Shown: positions 33,450 through 37,796 of the stretch, piece after piece
Layout of the letters: every line of letters starts with the position of its first letter
Position numbering within the stretch: position 1 is the stretch's first letter
Virus record (IMG/VR): IMGVR_UViG_3300017700_000616
Location: 1 to 37,796 of that record
DNA: 37,796 nucleotides
Source: a virus
Lineage: Duplodnaviria > Caudoviricetes
Strand: one strand, 5' to 3'
The notes under the pieces: generated by a model
What the model was told of the DNA's origin: nothing
Databases searched by the model: none
Seen by the model: the letters and a program-made list of their open reading frames with translations, nothing else
Position numbers and translations under genes: made by a program

Positions 33450-33815
33450 ATGGCCGAAATGGGCCGACCGCGTTTGTATCCCGATTCCAAGGCGTTCGCT
33501 GATAAGGCAGACGCCTATTTTGCGTTTGTGGAAGCCAACGGAAAGATGCCAACGCTCTCCGGCATTTGCCTGTTCATGGGCTTTAGCGACAAGCAGTCCT
33601 TCAGCAACTACGCCACCTACGGGGATGAGTTTTCCCTAACAGTAAACAAGGCAAGGCTGATGATTGAGGATGATCGCAACCAGCGCCTCGCCAAGGCCGA
33701 CTTCTCGCCGGGCATCATCTTCGACCTGAAGAACAATCACGGCTGGAAGGACAAGACCGAGCAGGAGGTTACGGTGCTTGGTCATGAGGAAGCGTTGGCG
33801 GCTCTCAAGGGATGA
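33450..33815 (+). CDS. terS: Terminase small subunit (P22 gp3-like)
   Basis: GRPRLY, PTLSGICLFMGF and IIFDLKNNHGWKDK motifs; directly before TerL. Confidence 0.88.
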   Translation: MAEMGRPRLYPDSKAFADKADAYFAFVEANGKMPTLSGICLFMGFSDKQSFSNYATYGDEFSLTVNKARLMIEDDRNQRLAKADFSPGIIFDLKNNHGWKDKTEQEVTVLGHEEALAALKG

Positions 33816-35374
33816 CGGAGGAAGAGCGTCAAATCCGTTTGCGCTTGCGTGATGACTTTCCGCACTTCGCCAGCAAATGCCTGAAGATCAGGACCAAGGC
33901 AGGTCAGGTTCTCCCGTTCTCGCTCAATCAGGCGCAGCAGTACGTTCACAGCCGCCTTGAGGAGCAGAAATCCAAGACGGGCAGGGTCCGCGCTCTTGTG
34001 TTGAAGGCGAGGCAACAGGGCTTCTCAACCTACATCGGTGGCCGTTTCTATCATCAGGTCACGCACCGGGTCGGGTGTCAGGTCTTCATTCTGACCCATG
34101 AGGATGACGCGACCACGAATCTGTTTCAGATGGTTGAGCGGTATCACGAGCATAACAATCCTCTCGTTAAGCCCGCTACGTCTGCGGACAACGCGAAGGA
34201 GCTTCGGTTCCACAAGCTTGACTCTGGTTATTCGGTCGGGACTGCTGGAGCCAAGGCGCGCGGTCGATCCAAGACGGTCCAGCTTTTTCACGGATCGGAG
34301 GTCGCGTTCTGGCCTAATGCGCCTACGCACTTTGCTGGTGTGGTTCAGGCTATTCCCGATCTGCCGGATACAGAGGTCATCCTTGAGAGCACGGCCAACG
34401 GGATTGGTGGTGAGTTCCACGAGCGCTGGCAACAGGCCGAGGCCGGGATTGGTGATTACATCGCTATCTTCGTGCCGTGGTTCTGGTCTGAGGAGTATCG
34501 CAGGCCCGTTCCCGAGGGCTTCCTGCTGAGCGATGACGATGAAGACTACATGGATCTTCACGGGCTGGACCTTGAACAGATGGTTTGGCGTCGGGCCAAG
34601 ATTGCCGAGTTGAAGGACCCGCTCCTGTTCAAACAGGAGTACCCGGCGACGGCTCAAGAGGCCTTCCAGACGACGGGTCATAGCGCCTTTATCGCTGCGA
34701 ACGATCAGGAAGTAGTGCTGAGGGCTCGCAAGCGTGAGATTGAGCCGATGGGGCCACTTGTCGTCGGTATGGACCCGGCGGGGCAGGGGGAGGATTCTAC
34801 GGCTGTCGCTTGGCGTCGTGGCGGGAAGCTGATCAAGGTTGAGCGCCGTCCCAAGCTCACGGCTCCCCAGAAGGCGAATTGGGTCAAGTCGATCATCGAC
34901 AACGACGATCCGGTCAAGCTGTTCATTGACGTGGGCGGTGGTTACGGCGAGTTCATCCAGACCGTGAAGGATTGGGGGCCTCCGTACGAGGGCGTTGTCG
35001 AGCCCGTGAACTTCGGTTCAGAGCCTCAGGACGATCCCCAGATTGATAACGAGGGCAAGCCTCTGCCGGGACCAAAGAACCGCCGCGCTGAAATGTGGAT
35101 GCGGATGCGGGATTGGCTTGAGGACGACATGGGTGCGGACATTCCCGATGACGACGCGATCCATGCTGACCTGATGGCTCCGGGCTACAGGCACGACACG
35201 AGGCAGAATATTCTTCTGGAGAGCAAGAAGGACATTAAGTCGAGAGGCATGAGGTCGCCCGATGGCGCGGATGCCATAGCGCTGACGTTCGCTGCACCGG
35301 TTCGGGTTGTTCCTGACGAGGAAGGTAGGCGTTACGGGAAGAAACGTGCTAGAGGCAGAGGGTGGGCCGCATGA
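33812..35374 (+). CDS. terL: Terminase large subunit
   Basis: LNQAQ, Walker A LKARQQGFST, Walker B FHGSEVAF, ESTANG, nuclease VGMDPA and SPDGADAIALTF. Confidence 0.95.
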   Translation: MTEEERQIRLRLRDDFPHFASKCLKIRTKAGQVLPFSLNQAQQYVHSRLEEQKSKTGRVRALVLKARQQGFSTYIGGRFYHQVTHRVGCQVFILTHEDDATTNLFQMVERYHEHNNPLVKPATSADNAKELRFHKLDSGYSVGTAGAKARGRSKTVQLFHGSEVAFWPNAPTHFAGVVQAIPDLPDTEVILESTANGIGGEFHERWQQAEAGIGDYIAIFVPWFWSEEYRRPVPEGFLLSDDDEDYMDLHGLDLEQMVWRRAKIAELKDPLLFKQEYPATAQEAFQTTGHSAFIAANDQEVVLRARKREIEPMGPLVVGMDPAGQGEDSTAVAWRRGGKLIKVERRPKLTAPQKANWVKSIIDNDDPVKLFIDVGGGYGEFIQTVKDWGPPYEGVVEPVNFGSEPQDDPQIDNEGKPLPGPKNRRAEMWMRMRDWLEDDMGADIPDDDAIHADLMAPGYRHDTRQNILLESKKDIKSRGMRSPDGADAIALTFAAPVRVVPDEEGRRYGKKRARGRGWAA

Positions 35375-35460
35375 AACGAGAGCTTTTGTTGCTGGCGATA
35401 GAACGTCTTGAGCGCGAGGGTCAGCCCCTTGCGGCTAATATGCTGAGGGGGTTGCTGTGA
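35371..35460 (+). CDS. 29-aa bridging peptide (not in ORF track)
   Basis: ATGA and GTGA overlaps couple TerL to the next gene. Confidence 0.4.
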   Translation: MKRELLLLAIERLEREGQPLAANMLRGLL

Positions 35461-35990
35461 ACGAGCCGAAACGTCGTGGGCGCCCCCCGAAGGTCCGTCC
35501 TGCTGAGGTTGTGAGTGGTGAGGCCGAAACGCCGACAACCATTGTGCGTCCTGAGCTGGACCCTGAGCACGATCCTAACCCTATCCGTCCTGTCGAGGTG
35601 AGTGATGCTGTCGAAGAAATCGTTGCTGATGGGCTTTCCGTCGATGAAGCCGATGCAGGATTGTCCCCCGCCCAAGTCCGAGCCCTCGACCGCGACTTTG
35701 ATGGGGATGCAGGCGGTTCGCGTCCTCAAGCGTCGCTGACAGAGCTACAGGTCACGGCGACTATCCAAGACGCCATTGACGCTTACGAGGGGCAGTGGGA
35801 GATCAAGCGCACTGATGGGTTTAACCGGACGTGGACGCTGCGCCATGAGATCATGAAGAACCATGACTTCATGCTGATCCGTGTCCAGCGCGGGCCTTCG
35901 GTTGGTGAGCGCCTGATCCCGTCGTCCATGTTTAACGGCGTTGCGGCTGAAGCGGCCATTCGGGAAGTTGATCGGGAGACGATGCGATGA
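35457..35990 (+). CDS. Hypothetical protein with AT-hook-like and DxDxDG motifs
   Basis: KRRGRPPK N-terminus and LDRDFDGDAGGS. Confidence 0.65.
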   Translation: MNEPKRRGRPPKVRPAEVVSGEAETPTTIVRPELDPEHDPNPIRPVEVSDAVEEIVADGLSVDEADAGLSPAQVRALDRDFDGDAGGSRPQASLTELQVTATIQDAIDAYEGQWEIKRTDGFNRTWTLRHEIMKNHDFMLIRVQRGPSVGERLIPSSMFNGVAAEAAIREVDRETMR

Positions 35991-36208
35991 CTGCGGAGGT
36001 GGTTCCTTTCGGCGGCATTTCTCGTCTGGACATTCCTGCTGAGCGCGTTCTCCAAGCTGCGATTGCGGCGGGTATGAGCGAGGTGGTGATTTGCGGTTTT
36101 GATAGCGACGGGCAGGAGTATTTCGCGTCCTCTCAAGCCGATGGCGGTGACGTTCTTTGGCATCTTGAGCGCGCCAAAATAAAGCTTTTGAGGTTGGCCG
36201 ATGATTGA
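35987..36208 (+). CDS. Conserved-looking small phage protein
   Basis: VVICGFDSDGQEYFASS...VLWHLERAK; coupled on both sides. Confidence 0.65.
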   Translation: MTAEVVPFGGISRLDIPAERVLQAAIAAGMSEVVICGFDSDGQEYFASSQADGGDVLWHLERAKIKLLRLADD

Positions 36209-37796
36209 TCGAGAAGAAGGTCCGAACTTCGAGGAAGAAGGCGACGAACTGCTCGCCCAGCTAGGCAAGTGGAAGAAGGACTGTGAGTCCCATTGGTCTA
36301 ACTGGCGCTCGGATGCCCGGTCGGACTATGACTTCGTTGCAGGCAAGCAGTGGGAGCCTGAGGCGGAAGCTGAAATGGAGGAGCAGAACCGTATTCCGGT
36401 GACGTTCAACCGCATCGAGACGACGATTGACGCCGTTAGCGGTGCTGAGATCATGGGTCGTCAGGAAGTCACGTATCTTCCCCGGACTGTGGAGGATACG
36501 GGCGTTACGGACGTGCTGTCCCAAGGCGCGCAATGGCTGCGCCAGTCCTGCGATGCGGAGGACGAGGAGTCGGACGCCTGCCGGGACGCCCTGATCTGTG
36601 GTGTAGGCGCTACGGAGACTAGGGTTAGCTACGACGAGGAGCCGGATGGTCAGCTTGTCGTGGAGCGCTGCGACCCGTTGCAGTTCTATCAGGACCCGTC
36701 GAGCCGAAAGGCCAACTTCGCGGACGCCCGGTACATCATCCGGGAAATCCCCATGTCCCGTGAGGAGGCAGAGGACGAGTTCGGTGATCTGGACTTCGAC
36801 GGCGTTGATGGAAGCGAAACCCGCACGCCGGTCATTGTTGATCCTGACGTTCGGTACAAGAACGGTGGGGCCGACCAGAACGATGACGAGGTAGAGGTAT
36901 GCGAGTACCAGTGGTTTGAAACCTACGTCGTCAACCGCATCCAGCATCCGATTACGGGCGAGGAGATCGAGGCGACGGACGAAGAGCTAGAGCTTGTTAT
37001 TCTCGGTTCGCCGGAAGTAGAGCTTCAGCCTGTCCGCCAGAAGCGCCGTCGCTATTGGAAGTGCTTCGTTGTCGCGGGTCAGATCGTGGACAAGCAGGAG
37101 ATCGAGGCGGGCGAGTTCACCTACAAATTCATCACCGGCAAGCGTGATCGGAACAAGGGTACTTGGTACGGTCTGGTAAGGCCGATGAAGGACCCGCAAC
37201 GGTTCGCCAACAAGTTCTTTTCGTCCATGCTGGAGCAGTTCATCAAGGGAGCTAAGGGCGGCGTGATGATCGAGGAGGGCGCGGTAAAGGATGCGCGCCA
37301 GTTTGAGAACTCGTGGGCTCAGACGGACGCGATTACGTGGGTTCCTGCCGGGGCTCTGTCCAATCAGCGCATTCAGGAGAAGCCGAACCAGCCGCTTAGC
37401 TCGGCGTTGCCTCCGATGCTTGAGTTCTCGGTTAGCTCGATCCGGGACGTGACGGGCGTGAACCTTGAGCTTCTGGGTATGGCGGACCGTCAGCAGCCGG
37501 GCGTTCTGGAGCATCAACGCAAACAGGCAGCTTATGGCATCCTGTCGGCCTTCTTCAACGCCTTCCGCCGCTACCGGAAGATTCAAGGGCGGCTGTTCCT
37601 GCGGATGATGCAGCTCTATCTCCCGCCGGATCAGCTTGTGCGGATCATCGGTGAGGATGGAGAGTCGAAGTACGTCCCGCTCGCCCTGTCTCCTGAGGCG
37701 ACGAAGTATGACGTGATCGTTGATGAAGCGCCGTCGAGTCCGAACCAGAAGGAGCGTGTGTTTGCGATCCTGACGCAGTTCCAAGGGATGCTTGCA
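36201..37796 (+). CDS. Portal protein (P22-like), main part; about 635 aa in total with 1-435; missed by the ORF track
   Basis: MIDREEG...DYDFVAGKQW...RIPVTFNRI...ALICGVG...GLVRPMKDPQRFANK...VTGVNLELLG; open to the window end. Confidence 0.92.
   Translation, partial: MIDREEGPNFEEEGDELLAQLGKWKKDCESHWSNWRSDARSDYDFVAGKQWEPEAEAEMEEQNRIPVTFNRIETTIDAVSGAEIMGRQEVTYLPRTVEDTGVTDVLSQGAQWLRQSCDAEDEESDACRDALICGVGATETRVSYDEEPDGQLVVERCDPLQFYQDPSSRKANFADARYIIREIPMSREEAEDEFGDLDFDGVDGSETRTPVIVDPDVRYKNGGADQNDDEVEVCEYQWFETYVVNRIQHPITGEEIEATDEELELVILGSPEVELQPVRQKRRRYWKCFVVAGQIVDKQEIEAGEFTYKFITGKRDRNKGTWYGLVRPMKDPQRFANKFFSSMLEQFIKGAKGGVMIEEGAVKDARQFENSWAQTDAITWVPAGALSNQRIQEKPNQPLSSALPPMLEFSVSSIRDVTGVNLELLGMADRQQPGVLEHQRKQAAYGILSAFFNAFRRYRKIQGRLFLRMMQLYLPPDQLVRIIGEDGESKYVPLALSPEATKYDVIVDEAPSSPNQKERVFAILTQFQGMLA
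37674..37796. repeat. Terminal direct repeat, copy 2
   Basis: Identical to 1-123. Confidence 0.95.

Noticed and set aside
1-37796. tRNA genes, reverse transcriptase/DGR, integrase, methyltransferase, introns, alternative genetic code
   Set aside because: No recognisable motifs by eye and core genes are uninterrupted in the standard code; tRNAscan and HMM searches would be needed for formal exclusion

Overview
The window is an apparently complete circular genome (about 37,673 bp; bases 1-123 repeat exactly at 37674-37796) of a P22/N4-capsid-type podovirus. GcrA-like genes, EcfG-like promoters and roughly 60% GC point to an alphaproteobacterial host, possibly Caulobacter or Brevundimonas (inference). 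The + strand late region runs TerS, TerL, portal (split across the contig ends), scaffold, major capsid, decoration protein, adaptor, fibre, nozzle, GNAT-like protein, four ejection proteins, tailspike, then lysis genes. Two early arms diverge from about 26.58 kb. The rightward arm carries ERF, Gam/Gp157-like, SSB, NinB and small-gene cassettes. The leftward arm carries RusA, HNH, two GcrA-like paralogues, a replication protein and many small accessory genes. I found no integrase, CI repressor, partition system, DNA polymerase, primase or helicase. The most notable feature is the replication locus: a short initiator-like protein with no evident origin-binding domain, a predicted ~75-nt antisense RNA over its start site, and an adjacent ~700-nt highly structured, mostly non-coding element. 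Other candidates are a 12-proline leader peptide coupled to four membrane genes before the endolysin, three identically spaced early promoter cassettes (two with RHH-like regulators), repeated ACGG-loop hairpins before the capsid gene, and a leaderless antisense membrane peptide in the P22 sieA position. All family assignments come from motif recognition by eye, not database searches.
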